This document shows positions 48,034 to 57,938 of a DNA stretch of 64,000 nt, piece after piece. The translations under genes were made by a program, and so were the position numbers. This DNA comes from an uncultured Thermococci archaeon (GTDB lineage: Archaea > Methanobacteriota_B > Thermococci > Methanofastidiosales > Methanofastidiosaceae). The number at the start of each line of letters is the position of its first letter. Position 1 is the first letter of the stretch. The stretch lies in NCBI GenBank assembly GCA_964521515.1, contig CAZFRW010000001.1, positions 7,639 to 71,638 of the forward strand, given 5' to 3'. The notes under the pieces are model-generated. The model saw nothing but the letters and a program-made list of their open reading frames with translations, ran no database searches and was not told where the DNA came from.

Positions 48034-48825
48034 TAATTTTTCTAAATACTCTTTTTTGAGCTCCATACCAAACATATCACCTTCTCTATGGTAGTCAGAA
48101 CCTGCAGTGGGGATAAGTGAGTATTTTTCTGCAAGTTTTAGGTATTGTGCCTCTTCTTCTTTGGTGTGTTTGGAGTAATATACTTCAAGCCCTCCTAGGC
48201 CAATATCAGATAGGTAAGCTATGAAGTTTTCAAGATCTTCTTTTTCTAAAAATGTATACTTTGGATGGGCCAACACCGGAACTCCTTTGTACTTTTTAAT
48301 CAATTCAATTGCCTTTCTTATATCAGGCCTTTCCTTTGGAACATAACAAGGTTTGTCGTTTCCAATATATTTTTCAAAAGCTTCAGGGAAAGTAGAAACA
48401 TAACCTTTTTTCACCATGAGGTCTGCGATATGTGGTCTTCCGATGTTTCCTTCCGCACTTGCTTTTAGCTCTTCCATGGTGATTTCAAATCCAAGATCTC
48501 CTAATTTCTTAAGCATTTTATGATTTCTTTCTTCCCTTGAATTTTTTAGTTTATTTATAAAGCTCTGAAATTTTAAATCTGTGTAATCTATGAAATAACC
48601 TAGCATGTGAATCTGCTTTTCATGTTTTGCACTTATCTCAAGAGCAGGGATTAATCTTATTCCTTTTTCATTTGCAGCCTTCATACCTTCGGGTATTCCA
48701 TCAATCGTGTCGTGATCTGCAATAGCTATTGTATCTAATCCATTCTCTTTAGCTTTAGCTATTATTTCTGTGGGGGAGAGAAGACCATCTGAGGCTGTGG
48801 TGTGAACGTGTAAATCTACTTTCAT
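48013..48825 (-). CDS. PHP-domain metal-dependent phosphoesterase
   Basis: MKVDLHVHTTASDG...AIADHDT PHP motifs I and II; 270 aa. Confidence 0.75.
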   Translation of the reverse strand: MKVDLHVHTTASDGLLSPTEIIAKAKENGLDTIAIADHDTIDGIPEGMKAANEKGIRLIPALEISAKHEKQIHMLGYFIDYTDLKFQSFINKLKNSREERNHKMLKKLGDLGFEITMEELKASAEGNIGRPHIADLMVKKGYVSTFPEAFEKYIGNDKPCYVPKERPDIRKAIELIKKYKGVPVLAHPKYTFLEKEDLENFIAYLSDIGLGGLEVYYSKHTKEEEAQYLKLAEKYSLIPTAGSDYHREGDMFGMELKKEYLEKLLLRKNV

Positions 48826-48909
48826 TGAAAATAAGAAATTTAATTAATTTATATGAGTTTCTGATTTATTAAAATAATAAAAACTTATTTAACAGAAAGT
48901 GAAAATAAT

Positions 48910-50148
48910 GTGTTAAGAGGGGATCAAATTAATTATATTTTAGCTCTGATAACAATTATTATTGGATTTATACTTGGAGTAACTATAATTAAATACCTGA
49001 CAGTACATCAGAGTAAGATTAGAATATATTTTCTGTTGCTATTTTCTGAACTTATTATTTTTGTTTCTCTCATCTATTTTAATCGAGATGAATTTGGAAT
49101 TGTCTTAACTTTGAGCTTTCTATTATCGGTCCTAGTTGGATATAATTTTATGACTTATATGGTGCTATCTATTAAAGATAAGAGACATATCCCTAAACTT
49201 ACTAGGAAAAAAGGGGATTTAGGGAAGGGCCATACTGCTATTATTTATTTTACTCATGGTGAGCCTGAAGATTATGATCCAATAGGTTGGATAAATCAGT
49301 TCAGGGAGTTTGATGAGCAGAAGATTAAATTTATACCATTTTTAATTAGACCAATATTTCTCTATATGTTAAGAAAAAAATATATTCATGTTGGTACAAG
49401 CCAACATAAAAAAATGCACACAAAGATGATGCAATCTCTTGAAAAAAGATTTAGAAATGAAGGAGATTCAACAACTAAATTTTATCTTTCATTTCTTGAA
49501 GATGAACCAAGGCCGGGCGCGGCAGTTATCAATGCTTTAAATGGAGGAGCAAGCAGAATAATTGTAAGTGAAGTATTTCTTACTATTTCTAATCATACTG
49601 TTGAAGGCGAAAAATTAGTTAAGAAACTCAATTTTGAGGACTACGGAGTTTCAATTTTATTTACTGGCCCCTTGTGGAATTCAAAAATATTACAAAGTAT
49701 GTTTGTTGAAAGGGTAAACAAACATCTAGGCAAAACTGATAAGAAAAAAGTTGGTGTTTTGCTTGTTGGTCATGGGCAACCTAAAGAATGGGACATTGAA
49801 TGGCCGACTGAAACAGAACAGGAGATAAAATTTAGAAAAGATGTCTTAGAATTATTTGTTAAAGATGGTTACGATCGAAAGAATCTTGATCTTGCTTGGA
49901 TGGAGTTTAGAGAGCCATGTACCTCAGAGGCCATTAAAAAATTATTAGAAAACAAAGTAGAAAAGATTTTTTATTTTTCAGCTGCAATAAGTGCAAATAG
50001 TATCCACAGCATGTGTGATGTGCCTAAACTTATTTCTAAGTGTGAAATACCTAATAATATCGATGTTATAAATCTTGAAGCTTGGAATGATGATCCTTTA
50101 GTAATTGAAGCAATTAAGGAGAAGATTGATAGAGTTAGGTTTGATTAA
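48910..50148 (+). CDS. membrane-anchored long-form class II chelatase-like protein (CbiX/CbiK/HemH-like double domain)
   Basis: Three N-terminal TM helices are followed by about 310 aa with two half-domains. Each half opens with a hydrophobic strand plus HG-x-P (TAIIYFTHGEP and VGVLLVGHGQP). The C-terminal LEAWNDDPLVIEAIKEKI resembles the ferrochelatase/CbiX tail. Confidence 0.5.
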   Translation: MLRGDQINYILALITIIIGFILGVTIIKYLTVHQSKIRIYFLLLFSELIIFVSLIYFNRDEFGIVLTLSFLLSVLVGYNFMTYMVLSIKDKRHIPKLTRKKGDLGKGHTAIIYFTHGEPEDYDPIGWINQFREFDEQKIKFIPFLIRPIFLYMLRKKYIHVGTSQHKKMHTKMMQSLEKRFRNEGDSTTKFYLSFLEDEPRPGAAVINALNGGASRIIVSEVFLTISNHTVEGEKLVKKLNFEDYGVSILFTGPLWNSKILQSMFVERVNKHLGKTDKKKVGVLLVGHGQPKEWDIEWPTETEQEIKFRKDVLELFVKDGYDRKNLDLAWMEFREPCTSEAIKKLLENKVEKIFYFSAAISANSIHSMCDVPKLISKCEIPNNIDVINLEAWNDDPLVIEAIKEKIDRVRFD

Positions 50149-50228
50149 TAATTTTAATAAATAATTTCTATTTATATAAGTGGATTATAGTCGAAACTCT
50201 TTTATGTATATTAAATATTAATTCAGAT

Positions 50229-50639
50229 ATGAAAACAAGGATGTTTGTTATTGCCGATACTTCATCACTAACACCCCAAACTGTTATTAACTATATTGTA
50301 AGTCTCGGAAAGACCTTGAACATTAAAGATACTTGTTATGGCATCATGGTTGAAGGAGATGATGATGTTGTTGAGAATGTCACACTGAAGGTCAGGGAAA
50401 AATTTGATGCGGATATATTCTCAAAACATCGAGCTTACCCAATAGGCGATGAAAGAAGATGCAGAGCCACAAGAGGTGGAGGAGCAAGGCCTGGCTATTA
50501 TTTCTTACTAGAAGAATATAAATTATTACCTCTAATTTCTAATGTTTTAAAAGAAGGAAGATTTAAAACTCTAGATAAAAAGAAGAAAAAACCTGTTGAT
50601 GTAGATTTACTGAAGAAAGCGATTAAAGAGATGGTGTAA
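50229..50639 (+). CDS. small Cys/Gly-rich protein, candidate methanogenesis-marker (Mmp5/Mmp6-type) protein
   Basis: 136 aa with a Gly-rich RCRATRGGGARPGYY segment. Placed by position in a cluster resembling the mmp3-6-5-15-17-7 arrangement. Family not verifiable by eye. Confidence 0.35.
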   Translation: MKTRMFVIADTSSLTPQTVINYIVSLGKTLNIKDTCYGIMVEGDDDVVENVTLKVREKFDADIFSKHRAYPIGDERRCRATRGGGARPGYYFLLEEYKLLPLISNVLKEGRFKTLDKKKKKPVDVDLLKKAIKEMV

Positions 50640-50641
50640 AT

Positions 50642-51076
50642 ATGAAAGTTTTCATTTATCCTCCAAACAGCATGATATTACAAGACTTAGTTGAAAGATT
50701 TGGGCATACCCCACTTGCCCTTGCAAAAGAGATAGAAAGAAGAGTAAATGATCCAGAGCTTGACTCTCCTCCTATGAATATAACTGAAATTGATGTAAAA
50801 GTAGGGTTAAAGTATGCTGCAATAGAAGTTCCATCAGGCGTCAGAGGCAGACTTGCAATGTTTGGGCCTTTAATCGATGAGGCAGAAGCAGCAATAATTG
50901 TAAATAACTTTCCATCTACATTTGGGTGTATGGCATGTGCTAGGACTAACGAACTTACTATTTATTTGATCAAACAAAAGAAAGTTCCAACATTAGAACT
51001 TGATTATCCAACAAATGAAGAAGAAGTGGAAGACTTTATTGGGAGAATTAAGAGTTTCTTGGAGGGGTTAAAATGA
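50642..51076 (+). CDS. small CxxC protein, candidate methanogenesis-marker (Mmp5/Mmp6-type) protein
   Basis: 144 aa with GCMAC cysteine pair. Starts 3 nt after the previous gene and overlaps the next by 4 nt, so it is tightly coupled. Confidence 0.35.
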   Translation: MKVFIYPPNSMILQDLVERFGHTPLALAKEIERRVNDPELDSPPMNITEIDVKVGLKYAAIEVPSGVRGRLAMFGPLIDEAEAAIIVNNFPSTFGCMACARTNELTIYLIKQKKVPTLELDYPTNEEEVEDFIGRIKSFLEGLK

Positions 51077-52290
51077 TTAAGATAGCTCAACTTTCATGTG
51101 GTAATGATTACAGCGGTATCCAGAAAGAAATTGAAAAAGCTGCAGAAACAGTCGGCGCTAAAATAGTCTTTCCCGATGTTGACATTGATTTTGATGATGC
51201 TATAAAAGATTTTGGTTTCGATCCAGTAAGTCCTGGATTAAAACTAATGGTTGCAAGGGCAAAAGCGTTGGCAGATAAAACATTTGAAGCAGATGCTGTA
51301 TTAATAGCTACATGTTTTAGATGTGCGGAAGGCGCTTTAATAAGAAATGAGCTAAGAAGATATATTCAGAAGCACACGAAACTTCCAGTAGTCATGTATT
51401 CATTCACTGAAAATACAAAAGCAAGCGTTCTTTTAATAAGAATGGAAGCATTAGTTACAATCGTACAAAGAAAGGATCTATTGGCTCGTGAAAGACAAGT
51501 TGGAATCACAATGGGGCTTGACTCTGGATCAGCTACAACAAAGGCAGTTATAATGCAGGATAATCAAATTGTATCCAAGTTCTGGCATCCAACTTCAGGA
51601 GTACTTGAGTCAGCTGAGAAAGCAGTAAATGAAGCACTTAAGCTTGCTAAGATGGACTTTAAAGATATAGAGGCAATTGGAACAACAGGGTACGGCCGAT
51701 ACATTCTGGGAGAACATTACAAAGCGAAGCTTGTCCAGGAAGAAGTAACTGTAAACTCTAAAGGAGCGGCTTTTCTTGCTAACAGACAGAAAGGAGAAGC
51801 CACAATTCTTGATATCGGGGGGATGGACAACAAAGCAGTAACAATCAAGGACGGTATACCTGATAGTTTTACAATGGGTGGAATATGTGCCGGCGCATCA
51901 GGAAGATTCTTAGAGACTGCCGCAAAGAGGCTTGGTGTCGAAATAGCTGAATTTGGAGAGCTTGCAGCAAGGGGTGACCTTCACAAAGTTCCAATGAACA
52001 GCTACTGCACAGTTTTTGGTATCCAAGGACTAGTTTCTACTTTAGCTGAAGGGCACAGCAAAGAAGATGTAGCCGCAGCGGCTTGCAGAAGTGTTGCTGA
52101 ACAAATTTATCAGCAGCAACTTCAAGAAATTGATGTAAGATACCCAGTTATTCAGGTGGGCGGTACATCACTTTTGAAAGGCTTAGTGAGGGCAATTGGA
52201 GATATCTTAAATACCGAGCCTTTAGTTCCTCCAAACTCACAGTATATAGGTGCGGTGGGTGGAGCCTTACTCTCCTCAGGATTTATCTAA
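51073..52290 (+). CDS. BadF/BadG/BcrA/BcrD (HgdC-like) ATPase, CoA-substrate-specific-enzyme-activase type; candidate Mmp15
   Basis: The C-terminal roughly 260 aa have the ASKHA-fold motifs of HgdC-type activases ([17 protein letters not shown]...[12 protein letters not shown]...IQVGGTS). The N-terminal roughly 140-aa extra domain has a CFRC pair. Confidence 0.65.
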   Translation: MIKIAQLSCGNDYSGIQKEIEKAAETVGAKIVFPDVDIDFDDAIKDFGFDPVSPGLKLMVARAKALADKTFEADAVLIATCFRCAEGALIRNELRRYIQKHTKLPVVMYSFTENTKASVLLIRMEALVTIVQRKDLLARERQVGITMGLDSGSATTKAVIMQDNQIVSKFWHPTSGVLESAEKAVNEALKLAKMDFKDIEAIGTTGYGRYILGEHYKAKLVQEEVTVNSKGAAFLANRQKGEATILDIGGMDNKAVTIKDGIPDSFTMGGICAGASGRFLETAAKRLGVEIAEFGELAARGDLHKVPMNSYCTVFGIQGLVSTLAEGHSKEDVAAAACRSVAEQIYQQQLQEIDVRYPVIQVGGTSLLKGLVRAIGDILNTEPLVPPNSQYIGAVGGALLSSGFI

Positions 52291-52303
52291 AGGTGACCGA
52301 ATA

Positions 52304-52846
52304 ATGGAAATAATAGTTGAAGGGCTACCAGCACAAGAATCTGATGGTTATGTCGCTCTGATAAACGATATAATGAGAGAGTTTGAGATACGAAGAAGCA
52401 TCGAAAAAGTATACTTCTATGGTGATACTGAAAATTTTGTTTTTATTACTTCAATCAGAATAAAAAAAGTTCTTGAACCTCTAAGGATAGAAGATGTGGC
52501 CATATATAATCAAGAAAAAGAAATCCTATCGGTAGAGGATGAGTTTTACGTTCCAAAGATATTATCCCTATTATGGTCCATTTCAAAAGAAGGGATTGAA
52601 CAAGCCGAACGAACTGAAATTAAGTTACCTGCTGATCTATTTGCTAAAATAAAATCTGAAGTTGTCTACTACCCTACGGAAGATTTGAAAAAAAACGTCC
52701 AAGAAGCAATCAACAGGGTTTTACCCGAGGCCGCAAGAATCAAATATATCCTTTCTGCAGAAAAAACTATTACAGTAGCATCAAGTGAGAACGCATTATC
52801 TGAAGAAAGTAAAAAGCTTGCTCAAAAGTTTCATGAGAGGGACTAG
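52304..52846 (+). CDS. hypothetical protein, candidate Mmp17-type
   Basis: About 180 aa from ATG 52304, preceded by GGTGA. The track ORF starts at 52250, inside the previous gene. Assignment is positional only. Confidence 0.35.
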   Translation: MEIIVEGLPAQESDGYVALINDIMREFEIRRSIEKVYFYGDTENFVFITSIRIKKVLEPLRIEDVAIYNQEKEILSVEDEFYVPKILSLLWSISKEGIEQAERTEIKLPADLFAKIKSEVVYYPTEDLKKNVQEAINRVLPEAARIKYILSAEKTITVASSENALSEESKKLAQKFHERD

Positions 52847-52856
52847 GTGAGAATCA

Positions 52857-53774
52857 ATGTTTAAGATGGCATTGTTTGAAGGTGGGCTCCACAGGGCAGA
52901 TGAGCTAGAAGACCTTGTAGATGACCTTGGAGGATTTCTAATTCAAAAGAATGTGACTCAAATTGATATTACACTCATTATAGCTGTGCCTGGTGAAGAT
53001 TATGAGCTCGTAGTAAAAAAAGCAAAGGAACTAAGAGGAAAGATTGTAGAAGTTCCACTTGCAGGCTCAGAAATCACAATTGTTGCACCATCTCTTGGTA
53101 AGCACCATCTACCCCATCCCGTGTGCGATATCTCAGAGTACATCCGAAGGAATGGTGCTGTAACAAACGTCATGGGGCTTGCAAGAGGGGTGGGCCAGAG
53201 GATAAATCAGATAACTGCGACAGAGAAAGGCATGATTGAAGAAGCTGACGTGGCCGTCTACTCTTTGGGAAACTTCAGCAGGTGTCTTAGAAAAAAGACC
53301 CATCTTTACACAGATATTGACATCCCCGTAGTTGTTCTTGGGGGCCCTCAAAAGTTTAATATCGAAGGACTTGAATATTACGTGGGTGGTATTGGCAGAA
53401 GAAGCCAAAGATTGAGACAGAAATTTGATCTTGATATATTTGATATAATGGTCGGTGAAATATCAAAGGCAGTTGAAAAAAGAAGGAGAGAAGTCGAGGA
53501 GGATCCTTTGATACTAGAGCCAATATACCTTAAAAAAATTCTTGAAGAAAACGTAGAAGGTATAGATAAGATTATTTCTCCAATCCCCATAGTACTCAAT
53601 GTAGATGGTGTTAAGGTAAAAATGCCACTTAATCAGTTCAAGGAAAAGATAAAAAATATTGAATTTGACGGCAGGAAGATTGATGAATACTGTAATATGT
53701 ATCAATCGCCCTATACTGGATTTACAATTCTTAAGATATTTACAAAATCCTATTTTGATTCTCTAAAAAAATAA
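52857..53774 (+). CDS. McrC-like protein, candidate Mmp7
   Basis: SLGKHHLPHPVCDISEY and IPVVVLGGPQK resemble, from memory, the McrC motifs RHITKPVCEIT and VVHLGG. 305 aa. Last gene of the cluster. Confidence 0.5.
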   Translation: MFKMALFEGGLHRADELEDLVDDLGGFLIQKNVTQIDITLIIAVPGEDYELVVKKAKELRGKIVEVPLAGSEITIVAPSLGKHHLPHPVCDISEYIRRNGAVTNVMGLARGVGQRINQITATEKGMIEEADVAVYSLGNFSRCLRKKTHLYTDIDIPVVVLGGPQKFNIEGLEYYVGGIGRRSQRLRQKFDLDIFDIMVGEISKAVEKRRREVEEDPLILEPIYLKKILEENVEGIDKIISPIPIVLNVDGVKVKMPLNQFKEKIKNIEFDGRKIDEYCNMYQSPYTGFTILKIFTKSYFDSLKK

Positions 53775-53781
53775 TCTAATC

Positions 53782-55170
53782 TTAATTCCATTTTTTCTTA
53801 AGATAGTAAAAATAACTAACAATTAAAGGAGTTCCAAACCCCCCATATGCAAAAAGATTCATTACTCTTGAAGGGAATAATCCTACTATGCCCTCAAAGA
53901 CCATCATTAATACAAAAATAGCTAACGATAAAAAAACAAATCTTTTATCAGGAACAAATAAAACCTTTAAGCTTTTCACTATTAAGGCCATCCCTATTAT
54001 ACATGATACCATAGTTGCAAAGGCCGCACCATTGATTTCATATTTTGGTATTAGTAGATAATTTAATATCACGTTTATTGTGGCTATCAGAACTGTTATT
54101 TTCATTGGGGTCCATTGTTTTCCCATTGCTTGAAGAGAAGTTGAGGCGATATAGAATATGGAATAGAATAGCATGGCAATTGCGAGAAGTTTTAATACCC
54201 ATCCTCCTTCTTGGACCCCAAATAGGAAATATATTATCGGATTTGAAAACGCAAAAAGTGAGAGTGCAACTGGGAGAGTAACATTAAAGGAGGCTTTAAG
54301 TGAGACTAGAATACTTTTAATTCCTTCTTTTTCTATTGATTTTAATTTTGATAACTCAGGTAGCAATACCGCAGAAAGCGCGATTGCAAATGATGGAATA
54401 ATACCTGCCGTGGGAGAAGCCATCCCATAAATCCCAACTGTCTTGGGCCCAAAGAAGTGGGCTAGAAAATAAATATCGGCATTAAATAGGAGGACAAGGC
54501 TCAAAGAGAATATTGAAACTGGAACTGCAAATACAAAAATTTTTTTAAATTCCTGAACATTCTCACTTTTTAATTTTAGTTTAACACCACTCTTTAAAAC
54601 TAACAAAAACGAGACAATTATTCCTACAATATACCCCCCTACAAGGGATGCAGATGCACCTGAAACTCTAAATACATATGAAAGAGGAATGGAAAGTAAA
54701 AAGTATGACAAGGAAAGGGCAAATATGGAAATTGCCATGTAATTTACTTTTTTGATACCAAGTAAGATACCAGTAAAAACAGAAAATAAAACACCCAAAG
54801 GTATTACTAGAATAATTATCTTAAGCGGGGCATCAATACCCGCTCTTATATCTGGGGAGTAAAAATTCATCATAATAGGGGATAAAACAAAGAGAAAAAT
54901 AAATAAAATAATCCCTATAGGCACAAAAAACAGTGAAGATGAAATTTTCTCATGTTTTTTTTCAGAATCAAAAATCGACGTGAACCTCGATACGGAAGGA
55001 GCTATGCCAAATGATGAAAGAACAAGTATCAGTGACTGAAAAGGCATAATTGCCGAAAGAAGGCCATACTCAGTAAGGAGAAGGATATTGGCAGTGAAAA
55101 GGGTGAAGAGATAATTTGCAACTCTAGAAAATGTATTTGCAATGAGAAGCATCAAGGATTTCTTAATCAT
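53782..55170 (-). CDS. polysaccharide/oligosaccharide flippase (MOP superfamily, Wzx/MATE-like)
   Basis: 462 aa with about 12-14 TM helices and the typical lipid-linked-oligosaccharide flippase topology. Confidence 0.7.
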   Translation of the reverse strand: MIKKSLMLLIANTFSRVANYLFTLFTANILLLTEYGLLSAIMPFQSLILVLSSFGIAPSVSRFTSIFDSEKKHEKISSSLFFVPIGIILFIFLFVLSPIMMNFYSPDIRAGIDAPLKIIILVIPLGVLFSVFTGILLGIKKVNYMAISIFALSLSYFLLSIPLSYVFRVSGASASLVGGYIVGIIVSFLLVLKSGVKLKLKSENVQEFKKIFVFAVPVSIFSLSLVLLFNADIYFLAHFFGPKTVGIYGMASPTAGIIPSFAIALSAVLLPELSKLKSIEKEGIKSILVSLKASFNVTLPVALSLFAFSNPIIYFLFGVQEGGWVLKLLAIAMLFYSIFYIASTSLQAMGKQWTPMKITVLIATINVILNYLLIPKYEINGAAFATMVSCIIGMALIVKSLKVLFVPDKRFVFLSLAIFVLMMVFEGIVGLFPSRVMNLFAYGGFGTPLIVSYFYYLKKKWN

Positions 55171-55209
55171 ATAATTGATGACTAAAGCTCTGTCTTTTAT
55201 TTCTTTTGT

Positions 55210-56175
55210 TTAGTCTTTCAATTTCTCTGCAAGCTTTATGATGTTTGTCCTTCCTTTTTCTTCCTTTTCTATTAACTTTCTCTTGAGGAGTTTATCTAAG
55301 ACTCTTGACAGAGTTGGCTTTGAAAAGAATGTGGTCTGCTCAAATAGTTTAGCCTGAGTCATTGATCCTCCGTTATCCGATATTATCTTCAGGATCCTTG
55401 ATTCCCTTGGGTCTAAAACATTCAAGGCAACGTCTATCTTACTGTGGCCTCTCTTTCTTGTAAGCAGGAGGATTGCAATTAATCCAAAGAAGATAATGGC
55501 GATTGACATTAGGATAAACAATGCGGGATTAGTCTGTGGTTCTTCTGTTGTAGGAGTTACATCCTTAATTTGCCTTAAGATTGCGTATTTTTCGTCATAA
55601 CTGGCATTGAAAATAAGTTTTTCTCCTTCTTTTACCTCTTCCTTGTACCAAACAACTGAAACTTTATTGTCCAAAGATTCAAATCTTGAAGGAGATGGCA
55701 GAAATTCTGATAGTACAGGAATTCCCTTCTCAAAGTTAAATGCCATCTTTAGATATCTTAGTTCACAAGGGGCCTCAAAAGGAAAACTTAACCTATAAGA
55801 ATCATTTTTTGTAATTAGGTCATTAGCATCGTACTCTATTTTAACAAGGATTTTCTCTCCCAGATTAATGCCTTTGTTGAAATAAAACTTGACAAATGTT
55901 TCACTACCTATCGGTGAAAAAGAAGACTCGAGAACATTACCTGCTTCATCAACTATCTTTAAATTGTTCACCTTGCCTGGAACGTAAAGTGAAAATCCAT
56001 TGAAATCTGGCAATCCTAGGTTTAGAAATATCATTCTAATAGTGACGTGTTCAGATTTTTCATATACATCAACGTCTATTGTGCATCCCATGCAGGCAAA
56101 ATCTTCCTGGGCTTGTATGGGAATTTGAGACGATATACCCATTATAATGAGTAAAATAATAATTAATTTTTTCAT
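55210..56175 (-). CDS. single-pass membrane protein with extracytoplasmic domain and cytoplasmic winged-helix DNA-binding domain
   Basis: Signal peptide, an about 200-aa beta-rich extracellular part, a TM helix (FILMSIAIIFFGLIAILLL), then a C-terminal MarR/ArsR-like wHTH (SRILKIISDNGGSMTQAKLFEQTTFSKPTLSRVLDKLLKRKLIEKEEKGR). Confidence 0.55.
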   Translation of the reverse strand: MKKLIIILLIIMGISSQIPIQAQEDFACMGCTIDVDVYEKSEHVTIRMIFLNLGLPDFNGFSLYVPGKVNNLKIVDEAGNVLESSFSPIGSETFVKFYFNKGINLGEKILVKIEYDANDLITKNDSYRLSFPFEAPCELRYLKMAFNFEKGIPVLSEFLPSPSRFESLDNKVSVVWYKEEVKEGEKLIFNASYDEKYAILRQIKDVTPTTEEPQTNPALFILMSIAIIFFGLIAILLLTRKRGHSKIDVALNVLDPRESRILKIISDNGGSMTQAKLFEQTTFFSKPTLSRVLDKLLKRKLIEKEEKGRTNIIKLAEKLKD

Positions 56176-56286
56176 TTAGTCACCATTACCAATGCCGGGC
56201 ATATATTACAATAAATAGGGGATTATTTAAGATTTTTCCCAACAAAAAGAAAAGCCTTTTAAATTTTTGGGTATTTTTTCATAAAG

Positions 56287-56571
56287 ATGGCAATTTATAT
56301 ACTCAAATGGGTTGTAGGCATACTTGTGCTGACCGTGGGTATATTATTCGGCTTATCTATAGCCCTTAATGCCAAATCCACAGATGTGTTCCTGATGTCT
56401 GGCGCCACAATGATTGCCATATCTTTTATGATTGTCGGAGCCAATATATTCTTCATGGGGACATCAGATATGAAAAAGAAGAGAGAAACAAAGAAGAATA
56501 AGCAGCTTTTGACAAAGGCCGAATTTCTTTCATCAAAAGAGAGGATAGACTCATACAGGAACATCAGATGA
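56287..56571 (+). CDS. small two-TM membrane protein
   Basis: 94 aa with two hydrophobic helices and a basic tail. Confidence 0.35.
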   Translation: MAIYILKWVVGILVLTVGILFGLSIALNAKSTDVFLMSGATMIAISFMIVGANIFFMGTSDMKKKRETKKNKQLLTKAEFLSSKERIDSYRNIR

Positions 56572-57403
56572 GTTCAATCCCATAAATCTCTTCTATTAGG
56601 TATCTGTGTATATGATCAATATCTTCCTTTGAGAAAACTCCCTTTTCAAATAGTTTTTTAGTTGTTTTAGGAACTGTTTTAGGGCCAACAACAGCACCTG
56701 GCCTTTCGTTATCATCAATATAATCAGTTTCCATCAAAAATCGTTTGCCTTCCTCGCAAGCTTTCATGATATTTTTCTCCCTTGCAATAATTGAAGGATA
56801 AATCCCAATCTTCTCACAAATAGAAACCATCGGAGGTGAAAAATGCTTAATAGTCTTTCCTGGATCCCCATATTTTTTTACCATCTCTCCCAATTCAATA
56901 AACTTATTTTCATCAAATGTTTCAGTGTGGAGCTGCACCGGGCATTTCAATCTCTTTGAAACTTTTAGAACTTCAATTAGAAACTCATTTGAGATATCTA
57001 TAATCTCTTTTTCTACATCGTAATGTGGCCTTCCTACTTCCCCTATGCCAAAAGCGAATCCTTCAGAAATTCTTTTTTCAATCTCATTTAGAGCTTCCAA
57101 AGCTATCTCAAATGCTTTTTCTTTTCCAAAGTCCATTATAATATGGTGAAATTCTGCTGGGTGAAGTCCAATTATGGGATATGATTTTGCATCAGTTTCT
57201 CTGTTTATTTTGTTTGAAAGCTCAATTACATAATCATAGGCTTTCCCAAAATCTTTACCAGTTTTTATTTGGACATTAGAGTCATAAGCAGTTTTATAGA
57301 CAAGCATAAAGTGTGTGCCGCCTGCAGAAGAAAATTCTCTAACTGCATCAAGTCCTATCCCCTTGGTGGGGTCAATATGCATATGATTGTCAGTTATGAA
57401 CAT
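56564..57403 (-). CDS. TatD-family metal-dependent hydrolase
   Basis: TatD motif series TDNHMHID, GIGEVGRPH, VQLHTE, IKHFS and METDY. Confidence 0.75.
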   Translation of the reverse strand: MFITDNHMHIDPTKGIGLDAVREFSSAGGTHFMLVYKTAYDSNVQIKTGKDFGKAYDYVIELSNKINRETDAKSYPIIGLHPAEFHHIIMDFGKEKAFEIALEALNEIEKRISEGFAFGIGEVGRPHYDVEKEIIDISNEFLIEVLKVSKRLKCPVQLHTETFDENKFIELGEMVKKYGDPGKTIKHFSPPMVSICEKIGIYPSIIAREKNIMKACEEGKRFLMETDYIDDNERPGAVVGPKTVPKTTKKLFEKGVFSKEDIDHIHRYLIEEIYGIELI

Positions 57404-57449
57404 TAATATAATTTGGATGGACTATTATTAATAGTTTTGCAATCGAACT

Positions 57450-57803
57450 CTAAACAGGAAACAATATCTTGTCTTCAATCCTGATACTATTCTTCTTGAT
57501 TGAGTCAATTGGCATTTCTATAAAGTATTTAGCCTTGCCATTATGGCCGGTATGGAATGAAAAAGATTTTACATTTTCTTTTATATCAATAACTTCAAAT
57601 TTAGAGTTAAGCCACACGACATCAATTGAGAAAAAAACAAACATCATGGTTATTGCAGCTTTTCTTTCTCTGTCAAGAACAAAAATATATGCCTCGTTTG
57701 CTTCCGATATATTTTTTCTAAACATTAGCCCTCTTGATAGTTCAAAAAAATTTCTTTGATATGTCAGTTTATTAAAAATTCTTGAGAGATTATGGGCAGT
57801 CAT
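57450..57803 (-). CDS. DUF192-family protein
   Basis: ELSRGLMFRKNISEANEAYIF fits the DUF192 G(L/M)M.R...GMLF-type core; 117 aa. Confidence 0.5.
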   Translation of the reverse strand: MTAHNLSRIFNKLTYQRNFFELSRGLMFRKNISEANEAYIFVLDRERKAAITMMFVFFSIDVVWLNSKFEVIDIKENVKSFSFHTGHNGKAKYFIEMPIDSIKKNSIRIEDKILFPV

Positions 57804-57865
57804 TATACCGACTACTCGAGTTATAATTAAAAAATTATCTTAAATTCACAGAAAGATTTATATAT

Positions 57866-57895
57866 AGTAACACGTTGTTATGTAATAGTGTTACT
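57866..57895. promoter_or_regulatory. perfect 8-bp inverted repeat AGTAACAC-N14-GTGTTACT in the divergent intergenic region
   Basis: Read directly from the sequence. It lies between the divergently transcribed DUF192 and THUMP genes. Confidence 0.3.
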
Positions 57896-57912
57896 GGCAT
57901 ATAGTATTCTTC

Positions 57913-57938
57913 CATATAGAGTTTTTACACTCTATGTG
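57913..57938. promoter_or_regulatory. 10-bp inverted repeat CATATAGAGT-N6-ACTCTATGTG (one G.T position)
   Basis: Read directly. It is the second hairpin-capable element in the same 200-bp divergent promoter region. Confidence 0.3.
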
